Assembly (NCBI GenBank): GCA_040954595.2
Contig: CM082583.2
Coordinates: 3,481,060-3,545,059, forward strand
Direction of reading: 5' to 3'
Length of the DNA stretch: 64,000 bases
Source of the DNA: Balanoglossus misakiensis
Lineage: Eukaryota; Animalia; Hemichordata
The position numbers and the translations under genes were made by a program. Position 1 is the first letter of the stretch. Each line of letters opens with the position of its first letter. Positions 25,701 to 40,700 of the stretch are shown here, piece by piece. Under the pieces are notes generated by a model that saw only the letters and a program-made list of their open reading frames with translations, ran no database searches and was not told the DNA's origin.

Positions 25701-28700
25701 TGCCCTTTTTAAATCAAGACTGTTTTCCTTTGTCTCTCTAACCTTCTTTTGACTTATTTACAGTTACAAGTAACCCACCACCACCAACATCACCGCCACT
25801 CTCCACTCCTTTTCCACCGGGACCAACTCCTCCAGCGCCAACAGGTATCTGTATCTATTTGAAAGTTCAAGACGAAAACTGTCTGTTCTATGTTAATAAC
25901 AGCAAGGAAAGACTTTTTGTTTGGACAAAATAACCACAGTGATTATACCGGTATAAGAGTTTTTTCAGTTGTAATGGCAAAACGTATTACTTTTTCAAAC
26001 ATCTAAATATCAGAGAAATAGTCCGAGTACAATTTCTGTTAAAGGCAACATGTTTTATTCATTAATTACTTATTGTTTTATTTATTGATTTGTATTTATT
26101 TATTATTATTTAACTATTTACTGTGCAATAGGTCAATGCTCCCTCAACTCTATCACCTTGATACCAAATATGATCATCACAAACACTGTACAGTCTCCTG
26201 CCACCAATGGCTCCATTGTGAACATAGGATGTGAAGTTGGTTATGGACTTGTTGGACCATCAACTCTTATCTGTGAGAGTGGTTCTCTGACTGGCGGTGA
26301 TACTCCATCATGTTTCTTTGGTACACAATTTTTCTTCATATTGATACTTGTAAATGTTGACATTAATATTAAAATACCCAAATAACATCATGCCAAATTC
26401 AGTGGAGATGCGCCAATCAGAAAGATAAATCTGATTGTGCTTTTTGTGTAATAGATATGGAGAATATCGCTGTTGAAGAACCGTATGTCAATATCGTCAA
26501 AGAAGGTCAGAGTTCACGAGTTCTTGGCAGTTTGCCAACGAAAGCTAATGATGGTGACCCATCAACGTGTACAGAAACAGAAAATGAATATGAACCTTGG
26601 TTCAGAATGAGATACAATGTTCCAACAGATTACCTGGTTTACTATGTCGTGATTTCGGGTAAGTCGATGATTTTGATCATACTATTCTTTACTATCAATC
26701 ACGTGATCTGGCCATGTGACCAACGGCGTTGTCATTTTCAGATGACGGGCAAGCAATATTTCGGCATCTAGTAAAAGTTTTTCCGAGTATGGTTTTACTT
26801 TAGAACCGCCAAACACGTAACATGTATCAGGTATGGTGCCTCATCAGCCTCGTTGCATTTCATCTGCACAGTCTTTGTCTGCACCACGTAAGTCCACGTT
26901 GCTGAATTTGCCCGTCATCTTGAATGCGCACGTAACTGCCGCCTGAGCGCGTCTGACGTCATTTGATATCGAAGAATACGCAACATTTTAACATACTGTA
27001 AGATAGGTTGAAGCTTTTCAAGTAATAAGCTTATACATATTAAACTTACATCATGAAATGAAAAACTCAATATGACCTGGCAAGGTGGTACCAATTTTAA
27101 ACCTTTGAAGTGTTCTTTCCCAACTGAAGCGCCCTACCTTGACGGTGTTACGGTCAGAGCTAATCCGAAACCAGATCCTCTTGGTGGTGGTCAAATATGC
27201 GGACAGAACATCATCAGGACAACCCCATCGACTGTGGTGGTAGAATGTGACCCACCAATTGACGGTTATGCAGCAGATGAAATATCTATCAGTATACCAG
27301 GCAAAAATGGCACACTGAGTCTGTGTGAAGTTCAGGTGATGGGCAGAAGTAAGTAAGGTTTCATTGTATAATAATTCTAACACTGATTCGTGGTTTTATT
27401 TGAATGCCATTCATCTCACAGGCAAATTTAGTTTTGATTCAATGACTCCAAAGCTTCATCTTGGCTGCACTTGAAGTGTTTCATTGGATTGTAAATGATA
27501 TTAATCATTTATTCATTTAGAGCTGTCTTTAAACTTGAAAAAATATCAATTATCTACCATTTCTCTACAGCGCCAGTATGTGGTCATCCTGGTATTCCTG
27601 CATATGGTTTCATTCTTCCGGAAAACATAACATTTCCTGTTCAGCCTTGGGTTGAAGTTAGTTATGGTTGTTGTGAATCCTATGAACTTGTTGGAAGTGT
27701 GACTTTAACATGTTTGGATGATGGTTATTGGGACTTCAACACACCAGTGTGTAATCCAGGTATGTCAAAACCACAGTTTATCTCTATAAATTATAGATAT
27801 ATATTCTGCTCTAATGGCCAAAACAACATATGCTCTTTGGAAGTTTCTAAGCAGGTGGATCTTGTTCTGTTCAGTGTTGGCAATAGCTGCAATGGTTTAT
27901 GCAATAAAAGTCACAGCTGTCACAAGTGATGTGTTTGCAGAGAAATAAAGCCCTTTATTGAATAAATGGATACCATGTGATACTGTTCTTCAAAAAAATG
28001 TCCACTATGTTTATACATTGGAATATTGGGAAAAAAGTCTGGCAGTATAAATTATGTTGTCGTTACACTAATTCACAGTGATTTTTAAATGTTAACACTT
28101 CCAACCTGTCCTTATGTAACTTGCATTTTAGTCTGCAAGCCCTGGCCAGAAGAAGAATCATACAACGGTTCCTGCTACCACATTCCACTTACCAAAGATG
28201 GTGCAAATCTCAGAAGTAACTTTTATGGAGCTGATGAATATTGCCAAAGTCAAGGGTATTATTTGGCTAGTATTGGTAGTTCTGGTGAACATGAGTTTAT
28301 AAAATCTGTTCTGAGGAAAGATCCTTTCCATAAATGGCGATATTTCACTGGAGCAACAAGGGTAAATGGAGAATGGATATGGGTGTCAGGCCATCAATGG
28401 ACCTATGAACCATGGCGTGACACTATTGATCCACCAGAACCAAACGATGGGGAAATAAAACAATGTGCTGTTCTAATAAATACTCATCAAGACACATATG
28501 ACATGGAGGATAGGGAATGTGATATTCCAAGATATATACTTTGCGAAAGAGGTATGTTAAAAGTTAACAAAAGCCTTAAAATTTACTACATGTTGATGAG
28601 GAAATAACTCTCTGATCCCTGACCAAAAATAAATATTTCAGTTCAATTTCATGTGTAATTGATCCTACCCATTGTTCCTATACCAATGTAGAATTTTCAC

Positions 28701-31700
28701 TTCTATACGTCAACTGTTTTGCATTGATATTTGTTTATTCAGGCAATACAATTCTTTGTGAAGATCCTGGTGTACCTGTTGATGGACAACTTATCACTTC
28801 AATCACCTTTCCTGCCATTATGGGTCAGACAATTTCTTTTACATGCAATGATGGCTATGAGCTGATTGGAAGTGAAACCATTCTCTGTGAAGCAGTTGGA
28901 AACATAACTTGTCCAACTGGATACAGATGGAATGATACATTACCTTTATGTGTTCCACCAAGTGAGTCATTTTATATAACATTATGATGATTTCAGTTTG
29001 GAATTGCGAAGTCTTCATTTGTTGTGACAGTTGGACAATAACAGAAATAAGATTTTTATGCAATTTTGTTAAATTTGTCGAAACACAAAGTAAAATGTGC
29101 AAGAAATCATCATTGACTTGTCACAGACCTTCTAGTGTAATGACCACAACTTCTCACAAATTATTCAGCTGTGTGCTTGGAACCACAACTGGTAGACCCT
29201 GTCATCTTAATATACAGTGTGAGGTTCCCTGTTGATGATGGAACTGTTTTGCCAGTAATCTGCAATCCTTCATACTACATCTTGAATGGAGATCCCACAA
29301 TAACCTGTGTAAATGGCACTTGGGAAGGTGAAGCTAATTGTACAGGTAAGTTAGTTACTTTTGACTTCATCTCACAGCTGAGATTGATGTGATGGTAGTT
29401 TGGAAAATATCTTGTGATTTGCACATCATGATACAATGAAATGTCATTTAATAATATTATGAAATAATTTTTTCTTGTTGCAGAAACTACAACGCTCGAA
29501 CCAGAAACCACCACACCATTAACAGGAGCACCATGCAGTCTAGGTAATATTTGATTTGTGCATATTTGATTCCCCAAAAATACCAACACGCTACATGTAC
29601 ACTACTTTACTTGAATTTAGCATAATATATGCACATTAACAAGTATATGGCACTATGAGTTTGTATTTTAATTTGCGAATTTACCTATTTCGCTTTAGGT
29701 AATAACCTGGCTCTTGGACAGCCATCTGGTCAAAGCTCAGTTGCTGGTTTTGGGTCGCCTAGTCTGGCAAATGATGGGGATGATGACAGTGACTATTTCA
29801 GTTGTACTCACACCTTATCGGAGAAGAATCCCTGGTGGAAAGTCAAACTTGATGGTGTTTACACAGTATCCACAATTACAATCATGAATGGAGGAGAGTC
29901 CTTTGGTGAGTGTAATAGAACAGTTAATTTCATACTTCAAGTGAGGTGCACCTAATTCTCTAGAGTGGTCATGTCTATTTCGATGATAGGTTATATGTAA
30001 CATGTACAATTGTTAGCAGACTGGTCTGATGTTGAGTGTAAGGAAACATCATGTATTAGTGTAGAAAGACCACATGATATATAACATTCTTCTATTACCT
30101 TAAACAGACAGCATAGAAGTCCGAGTTGGATATGAGGAAACACTTTACACTAATACCCCATGTACTATACTGGGAAATGTGTCGAGTGGTGTGGAATTCC
30201 TTTGTGAAGAGGATGGAAACTATGTCCAAGTACAACTTATTGGTGACAATGTACAGTTAACGTTATGTGAAGTTCAGATTTGTGGATATGGTAAGTAAAT
30301 CAATAGATTATATACATGGAAAAACAGAAACATACATACATACATACATACATACATACATGCATACATACATACATACATACATACATACATACATACA
30401 TACATACATACATACATACATACATACATACATACATACATACATACATACATACATACATACATACATACATACATACTCAATAATAGTGTACTGTTGT
30501 GTAATTGAGTATCAAACAAGGTCATAATTATATTTTCAGTGACATCAACAACACCACCAACTACTGAAATGTACACAACTACTGAATTTTCTACGACTGT
30601 TGAAATTACTACATCTGAATTACCATCTAGTACTGTTGCTACATCGGAATTTACAACAGTAGATGAAACTACAGAGATTTCGTCCACATTACTCATTTCC
30701 ACAGAAGGTAGGTCTATACCAATTGCATATGAATGATCCTAACAAACAAGTTCAAAAGATAAGATGCAGTAAATTCTGATTTTCAGTAATGAGACATCTT
30801 TTAAGAAAATAATACCTATTTTTTTCTCCATCATTCATCTTTTACTTAAAATTAATCACACTTCGGATAAAAGAAACTACAGCCCCAATCACCACAATGG
30901 AACAGACTACAGTACAAGATACAACTGAGTTATCTACACCAGTTGTTACAACACCAGAAGTTACATCACCAGAAGTTACAACACCAGATGTTACATCACC
31001 AGAAGTTACAACACCAGCTGTTTCATCACCGTTACTTTCAACAGGAGAAGTTACTACTGCATATAGGTCAACACTTGCTCCTTCCACTGAAGGTATGATT
31101 TGACAAAATGGATTTTTACAAAGGCGAACTTTTGTGAGATTAACAAGTACATGAGTAATGATGACACATAACAATATGTATTTTTTTGTCATTGATGTTT
31201 CAGCTCCAACAACAAGATTTCAGACATCACAAATGACTACCACTATTTCAGCAAGTCAGCTTTCAACCAGTGCCCCAACAGCAGCACCAACCACAATTGT
31301 ACAAGATACAACAACTGCAATGATAACACCAACTGAAGGTACATGTCATCACGTTTCATTGAGTAGATTTATGGAAGTGCATCACAAACAATGTGTCTTT
31401 CATTTTAAACTGTTTTGTAACCTAAAAAATATCAATTATCTACCCTTTCTCTACAGCTGTAGTATGTGGACATCCTGGTGTTCCTGCATATGGTTTCATC
31501 CTTCCAGAAAACATAACATTTCCTGTTCAGCCTGGGGTTGAAGTTAGTTTTGGTTGTTGTGAAGCCTATGAACTTGTTGGAAGTGTGACTTTAACATGTT
31601 TGGGTGATGGTTCTTGGGATTTGATCCCACCAGTGTGTAATCCAGGTATGTCAACACCAACATTTATCTCTATAAGATATAGATACTGTTCTGCAAAAAA

Positions 31701-34700
31701 TGTCCACTATGGTTATACCGTTGGATTATTGAAAAAAAGTCTAACAATATAAATTAAGCTGTCATTTCACTAATTCATATTGATGGTTTTCTGTTAACAT
31801 TTCCACCTTGTCCTTATTCAACTTACATTTTAGTCTGCAAGCCCTGGCCAGAAGAAGTATCATTCGATGGTTCCTGCTACCACATTCCACTTACCAAAGA
31901 TGGTGCAAACCTCAGAAGTGACTTTTATGGAGCCGATGAATATTGCCAAAGTCAAGGGTATTATTTGGCTAGTATTGGTAGTTCTGGTGAACATGAGTTT
32001 ATAAAATCTACTCTGAGGAGCGATCCTTTCCATAAATGGCGATATTTCACCGGAGCAACAAGGGTAAATGGAGAATGGATATGGGTATCAGGCCATCAAT
32101 GGACCTATGAACCATGGCGTGACACTATTGATCCACCAGAACCAAACGATGGGGAAATAAAACAATGTGCTGTTCTAATAAATACTCATCAAGACACATA
32201 TGACATGGAAGACAGGGAATGTGACAAGCCAAGATATATACTTTGCGAAAGAGGTATAAAATCATTAAAATTTACTACATGTTGATGAGAAAAGAACTCT
32301 CTGATTCCTGATCAAAACTAAACATTTCACTTCAATTTCATGTAAAATTGATCCCACCATACCAACATGAAATTTTCACTTGTATACATCAAATCTTCTC
32401 ATTGATATTTGTTCCTTCAGGCAATACAATTCTGTGTGAAGATCCTGGTGTGCCTGTTGATGGACAACTTATCACTTCAATCACCTTTCCTGCCTTTATG
32501 GGTCAGACAATTTCTTTTACATGCAATGCTGGCTATGAGCTGATTGGAAGTGAAACCATTCTCTGTGAAGCAGTTGGAAACATAACTTGCCCAACTGGAT
32601 ACAGATGGAATGATACATTACCCTTATGTGTCCCACCAAGTGAGTCATTTTATATAACATTACAATGATTTCAGTTTGTCAAAATTTACAGTAACATTTA
32701 CAAGAAATCATCACTGACTTGTCACAGACTTTCTAATGTAATGACCATAACTTCTCACAAATTATTCAGCTGTGTGCTTGGAACCACAACTGGTAGACCC
32801 TGTCATCTTAAGATACAGTGTGAGGTTCCCTGTTGATGATGGAACTGTTTTGCCAGTAATCTGCTATCCTTCATACTACATCTTGAATGGAGATCCCACA
32901 ATAACCTGTGTAAATGGCACTTGGGAAGGTGAAGCTAATTGTACAGGTAAGTTATTACTTTTGACTAAATCTCACAGCTGAGATTGATGTGATGGTAGTT
33001 TGGAAAATATCTTGTGATTTGTACATCATGATACAATGAAATGTCATTAACTAATATTATGAAATAATTTTTTCATGTTGCAGAAACTACAACGCTCGAA
33101 CCAGAAACCACCACCCCATTTACAGGAGCACCATGCAGTCTAGGTAATATTTGATTTGTGCATACTTGACCAGAAAAAATACCAACACGCTACATGTACA
33201 CTATTTTACTTGAATTTGGTATAATATATGCACATTAAAAAGTATATGACACTATGAGTTTGTATTTTAATTTACCTATCTGCTTCAGGTAATAACCTGG
33301 CTCTTGGACAGCCATCTGGGCAAAGCTCAGTTGCCGGTTTTGGGTCGCCTAGTCTGGCAAATGATGGGGATGATGACAGTGACTATTTCAGTTGTACTCA
33401 CTCCTTATCGGAGAAGAATCCCTGGTGGAAAGTCAAACTTGATGGTGTTTACACAGTATCCACTATAACTATCATGAATGGAGGAGAGTCCTTTGGTGAG
33501 TGTACTAGAATGTTAGCTTCATATTTCAGGTGATTGTGTTTCTGATTCTGTAGGGTAGCCATGTCAATTTTGATGACAGTTTACTGGTATACGTAACATA
33601 TATAACTGTTACAAGCTGGTCTGATGGTGAGTGTACGGTAAGTGTAAAAAGAGTGAATTCAAAAAATATAATATTCAACTCTAAGGTTGATCACAGCTTC
33701 AATGAAAGCAAAGTATTGTAATTATAGTATTCTAAATTTGCCTTACACTTTTCATCTATAGGCATCCTAGCTTGGGCTGGCGTTGCCCTGAATTGTTTGT
33801 ATAACTCAAGGAGAATGCAGTAGCGTGCATTTGATGAAAAGGTAAAATAAAGGCCACATGATATATAACATTCTTCTATTACCATAAACAGACAACATAG
33901 AAGTCCGAGTTGGATATGAGGAAACACTTTACATTAATACCCCATGTCAAATACTGGGAAATGTGTCGAGTGGTGTAGAATTCCTTTGTGAAGACGATGG
34001 GAACTATGTTCAAGTACGACTGATTGGTGAAAATGTACAGTTGACATTATGTGAAGTTCAAATTTGTGGATATGGTAAGTAAATCAACTATAAATATTCA
34101 ACTTGTTGTTCTGTGTAATTTACATTCATCTTTTAAATGATTGCTGCACTGTACATTTCCAGCTACAAACACACTGTTATGCACATTTTCAACATTTCCA
34201 TCTCAAGAGGAGATGTTTTTGTTTACAATGCAGTAAACACGCTTATAATTATTTTTTTCAGTGACATCTACAACCCCACCGACTACTGAAATGTACTCCA
34301 CAACTGAAATTTCTACAACACTTGAAATTACTTCATCGGAATTATCTTCTACATCAGAATTTACAACAGTAGATGAGACCACAGAGATTTCATCGACATT
34401 ACTCATCTCCACAGAAGGTATGTTTTCATTTAACTGCACAGGACAACCATGATAACACAAACTTTTCCGAAAGCGTCCAAGATATAAGAATGTTACAGTA
34501 ACATGTACGGTACTAACGTTGTTGTCGAAATCGTTTCTCATTACTTTATATTGATCATACTGTGTGACAGAAACAATGCCATAATGAACCATATTTAAGA
34601 AAATAATTTCCATTTTTTTGCCATTTCCCCCTTAAAATTTAATTATATTGCTGATGAAAGGTACAACGGCACCAGTCACTTCAATGGAACAGACCACAGA

Positions 34701-37700
34701 ACAATATACAACTGAGTTAACTACACCGGTTGCCACATCACCAGTTGCCACATCACCAGAAGTTACAACACCAGATGTTACATCACCAGAAGTTACTACA
34801 CCAGTTGTTTCATCAACGTTACTTTCAACAGGAGAAGTTACTGCTGTTTATAAGTCGACACTTGTTGCTTCCACTGAAGGTATTTGTCCCATCATGAGTC
34901 CACTGCTCCATGGTCTGAGAGACCATGACTGCTCTAACCACTGAACTATGATAATGCCTCTGTGTATTTATGGAGCAATGTTACTCTCAACATGTATAAC
35001 TACTATTAATCTGAGCGCCGGAGAAAGATGGCATTTGCTACACAAATGTTATTTTGAGCACATCGAAGGCATTTTATGTCTCACAACCAGAATTTGACTG
35101 TTGAAAAGGGCATGATTCAAAGACATTGAAACCAGAAAATAGATACTGGTTCAAGTTGTAGCATGTCGCTAGTTGAACGCAATCTATTGGAAAGGACAAA
35201 GCGACATCCGGCATTGATATTGTCATTGACTCCCCCCCCCACAAACAGACCCTTAAAATAGCAAACTTTTTAAAGTGAGTTTGATTTGTATATTTCAACT
35301 TGCAGAGTCTGTCTATCAGTGTGACAACCGTGGTGTCCCTCCAGCTTATGGCTTCATCACCAATGGAGATGTAGCATTTCCCGTTGCCCCAGGCACAGAA
35401 GTCGCCCTGAGTTGTAGTTACGGTTACACACTAGTTGGAAGTCCCAGCATGACCTGTACCAACTCAACAAGTGGTGCGTCATGGGATGTGGAAACTCCCT
35501 TCTGTGAAGCAGGTATGTGGCAGGTCCAAGCTTCAGGAATATGGTTACCAATTAAAACAACTCCCATATGTATCCACCTATCTATCCATCATAATAGATT
35601 TATTGATGAATCGAGCCTGCGTGATTTATTAACCCGTTTCCAAGTTTTTATCTTTGAAATGTTAGATAATGCGAAATAAAACTGTGCATGATTTCCTTAT
35701 ACAGAATGTGACGATGAACCCAGAGAATTTAGCATCAATGGTTCTTGCTATCATACCCCATTCCCAGAAGACGGAGAAACTAAATTTAGTTGGACAGAAG
35801 CAGTCAAATATTGTGAAGATAAGGGTTACTACCTTACTACCATAGGAAGTGCTGAGGAACATCAGTTTATAAGGCAGAAGCTGGATTCGAAACTGTACAG
35901 CTCAAGCAGGGGAAAGTATTGGGTTGGTGCTACTGACGCTTATTTGGAAGGTTCATGGCAATGGGCTTCAGGTCACCTTTGGACGTATAATGGTATGTGG
36001 CACGGAACCAATCCAAATGGCGGGCCTCTTCAAAATTGTGGTCTGTTAAGGAAAGAAAGCGATTGGGATATGCATGATCATGACTGTACACAGTACCGTC
36101 CTATACTGTGTGAGAGAGGTATATAAGCAAGCTATTCTCATATGTGTATTTGTGTGTGTAATGTCTTCATGCATATACTGACAGGTCTCATTCTGTATGG
36201 GTAATAAAACGAGCACACCTGTGTGACAATACATTGATACCATAATTACAATTAAAATGTATGTCTCATTATAGGTGATCCTGTAAAATGTAATGACCCA
36301 GGAGAACCTGAAAATGGATACACAGTGCCAGCCCCAAGCTATCCGGCATATGTTGGACAGTCAGTGATGTTTGCATGCAACAGTGGATACAGATTGGTTG
36401 GCAATGAATCCATACTTTGTACTCCCCGACCAACCAATGATGGCTACTACTGGGATTACCCTGTACCACAGTGCCTTCCATCAGGTGAGGAGTTAAGGTC
36501 ACATAAAGAGGAGAAGCTGTCATTTTGATGAAGAATTCACCCCTTCACCCCCTTAAAGGTCCAACTCCACAAAACAGAAAATTGATTTGGACCAAACCAT
36601 GGTGGTGAAAAGGTTAAACAACAGAGCTCACTGTTTTTTGGATTAGATGACTAAATTAGGTGTGATATTCTCGATTTTAAGATTTAACACATATGGAGTT
36701 TGTCACCAATTAGCAGAGGTTCATTTTTCCTGGTACATGTAGATTTTTAAGGTATTTCCATATGTTAATGGCTTCCCATTCTGTGTAGTTTAATTGCTGA
36801 AGAAATCCCATTCTTTCCTACCCAGATTGCAGTGAGCAAAACCTGACACTACCAGCAAACGTGGTTCTGAATGAAGCCACGTATCCTATTGTGAACGGTT
36901 CTGTTCTGACATTGGTGTGCGATCCGCTTTACTACGAGATGACTGGAACGCCTGCGGTTGTATGCATCGATGGATCATGGATAGTGAACGTTTCATGCTC
37001 AGGTAACTTTCCTATGTAAAGTCAGGTTGAATATATGTCCTCTGGATGATCTTATTCTGAACGTTTTAATAATACAGAAGCAGTTTCCGGTTTTAATAAA
37101 TTCTGGAAATTAAGCAGTGATATCTTCATTTGTAATAAATTTCATTTCATTTCATCTAAGTATCCACCTACTAAGTTTAGTAATTGCATAACTTGAATAT
37201 ATAATTCATTTTTCATAATGTAACCTTATTCCCAAACAGAGCCCACATCTATGACTACAGAAGCAGCAACACCATCACTAGGTAAGTGTCATGTTCTTAG
37301 TTTTCTTTGGAAAAATTAAAAAAAAATCACTGCCTATGCCACTATCATTTTTTGTGAGTGGACGATGGACATCTGGGAGAATAGTAAGTATTAGAAATCC
37401 ATAACTGATAGACCAATTTAGCATAGGCAAATAGAGTAGAGAAATCAACCATCAAACATTAAGTATCATTAGTAGAAACAAGTTGCAAAGTGAGGAATCG
37501 ATACATCCACTAGTGATTATCTTGACAACTAACATATAGCACTCCATTGTTGAACACTACAGTCGTAAATCTGGCTTTGAACCGGCCATCATCACAGAGC
37601 TCAACTGATTTCAGTGGAGGAGCTGACAGAGCCAATGATGGTAACACCGCCAACGACTATTGGGATGGTAGCTGTTCACACACAGCACAACAGACCGACC

Positions 37701-40700
37701 CATGGTGGATGGTGTTCCTGGATGGGTTCTATGATATCGACGAAATTGTTGTCACAAACCGAATTATTTTGGGTGAGCATTTAATGTTTGTATATTGAGC
37801 CTGCTTGCAAAATTACTTCACGGGTAGAGCTATGGTAGCTGCACTTCAAGTAGCAGACTCAGTGACATGATATATAATCTGATCTGATCTGATCTGATCT
37901 GATCTGACCTGACCTGACCTGATCTGATCTGATCTGATCTGATCTGATCTGATCTGATCTGATATGATATGATATGATATGATATGATATGATATGATAT
38001 GGCATTCAAATTAGAGTAATATAATCATGGTTAGATGTTTTTGTTAATTTCAGGGGAACGTCTTCTTGGTGCTGAAGTAAGAGTTGGGACATCTGAAGTG
38101 CTATCTGAGAATGAATTGTGTGGTGTTCTGGACGGCTCAACTGCAGATGGACCAGATAAGTTCAGGCTTAATTGCACTGGTCTGATTGGCAATATCGTCT
38201 CAATCCAACTAATCGGGACAGATAAGTACCTGGCATTATGTGAAGTGGAAGTCTATGGAATATGTTAGTATTTTTTGCGTGTCAACATTTTTGATCCTCT
38301 TTAACTGAATATTTGGGTTCATTCCTAGTGTGGTTATCATTTTTAAAGGACTGTTTAGGCTTGCACAGGCAATATTATTCACAATGACGCATACAAGAAA
38401 AGAGTTTTGAACAGGTATAACTAGAAGCTGCATGTGGATATACCAACTTCTTGGTTAGATTTTTGCACTTTAAAAGAGAAAAATTCAAATGTCTACTGGC
38501 CCTGATAAATGAAAGTTAATTAATTGTCAAATTTCTTCTCACCTTCTTGGGCTTCTTTCTGTGACATTTAATAGTACAACCAACAACGCCACCAACGACA
38601 GAAGAGTACATAGGAACACTTTTATTAAATACTGAAGAGGCTAATGTAACAACACTATTACCAAGTGAAGAAGAAGAGGCAACATTGGCACAATTACCCA
38701 TAACAGAAGTGACAACGTCAGTTTCAACTACAGTGAAGACAGTGACACCATTGTCTCCAACGGACAAAATCATACCATCAGCATTTTCCCCTACAGAGGG
38801 GATGGAGACATCATTGTCTACCGGTACAACAGAAGAATTGAGGTCAACACTATCACCTAGTACAGAGATGGCAACATTTGCCACTACAGACTCATTTCAT
38901 TCAACAGACAAAGTGAGGACGACACCATCAGCTAGCTCAAAAGATGGGACTACAATGATTGTTAGCTCCACAGTAACAATTCCTTCAACAAAACCACTGA
39001 CTACTCCAAAACCAACATCAGGTACATTTTAAAATGATGTTTTACATGTGAGCCTTTAATGTTGATTAATGTGGCAAAATATTACAAAGCATTATCACCA
39101 AACTTAGGAAAAAGATTATATTAATCTTATTTTAATTTATTGCCATATTTCAGATTTTTGTGTCGGACAGCCCTGCTGGAATGGTGGGATATGTGCATCA
39201 GAATATACGGATTACGTCTGTTATTGCCGTCAAAAGTTCATCGACAAACAGTGTAAAACAGGTAAATGTCGTCATAATGATTAATATCTGTGGATCTGCA
39301 GAAGTACTTAGAGCAAAACAGTTACTGTCTAAATGCTAACACTTAATTATGATTTGCACTATACAATATATAATGAAATAATGCGCCATAATACATAAAC
39401 AATGAATATTTTAATACATACATGTATAATAAATAACAAAAATGTTTATATCTGTCAGAATATCACCTGCCTGTAATTCTTGAAAATGGATGCAAGACTC
39501 TTACCTTTACTGAGGAAGCACCACTGACCAATCCTATTTTCGAAATTTCATCTCTCATTGGGAATCGTGAAATTGTTCAAGAATACGCACTGGAATCCAA
39601 CCAGTACAGTTCAGTCTTCTTTGTGGACAGAAGCTCTGGAGCATTGAATGTGTTATTGCAGAAATTTGACTACGAGTCAAATAGCTCCTACAATCTAGAA
39701 GTTAGGGTACAAGGACTGGATATAACATCATTCGTCAAGCTGTTTATAGAGATCATTGATGTAAATGACAACGCCCCAGTGTTTATAAATACACCGTATG
39801 AAAGTGTTGTCATGGAGTACTCACCAATCGGGATACTTATCGCTGCTGTCATGGCAACAGATGAAGACACGAATACAAGGCTATCATATTCAATCTCCGG
39901 TACAGATGACGAAGGAGACTACTATAGATCTCTGTTTTCTATTGATGCTGAAAATGGCAAAGTCAGTCTTAAGCGAGTGCTGATATTAAAGGAAGTTGAA
40001 CATGATGGATATTTGAATAATAATATGTTTGTCATACCTGTTCATGTAACGAATGGAGTAAGGGCTGATAATGCTGAAATCTTCCTGAAAATTGAACCCT
40101 TGTTTGTCAAGGATGCTTCAGCTAATGAAACTCGATATTCACTGGATCTTCCAGAAGATGCAGAAGTGGGACGTTTCCTCGTCAACATTTCACCGATGGA
40201 TCCTGGAAGTTCAGGCGCTGGATACAGCTACAAGGTTATCGGAGCGAATTCCTATGCAAACTTTCCATTCACAGTGGATGAAGCCACGGTGAGACTTCTA
40301 TATTACATTTATCAAACACACAGAATGCTTTGTCGTATTTAAATTGCACCAAGAAACACAAACCACATGTAATGCACAATTCCAGAAACCCACATATAGT
40401 GCACTGATAATTTAATGTGTACAAATAACATGCATGTAAACATACAATAATGTCATGCAATTAGATCGCAAATAGTAAGGTACCATTTATGATCAGCTAA
40501 TTAATAAATATAGGTGGCTAATACTTTTATTTTCTGTAAACTGAAAATCTTTGTGGAACACACTGTTCACAGGCTGATATGTAATTCTGGCTTTCTTGAT
40601 AAAGTTTGAAGATGATATTTGGTGGCCATAACTTTGTGTTGGTGCTGAGTGTTTTATTGATCATGATTCACCATAGTGTTCATGCTCTCAACAGGGGGAT

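Larger units (their letters stand above)
27540..34900 (+). repeat. Recent intragenic tandem duplication, unit ~3.7-3.9 kb (~27540-31340 vs ~31430-34900)
   Basis: Paired exons of identical length (189/420/219/177/60/207/183/219 nt) with near-identical sequence; introns also alignable (e.g. 29350-29640 vs 32950-33240). Confidence 0.93.

Noticed and set aside
38516-38884. Val-rich minus-strand ORFs (also 30842-31192, 34203-34613)
   Set aside because: Antisense shadows of Thr-rich mucin exons.
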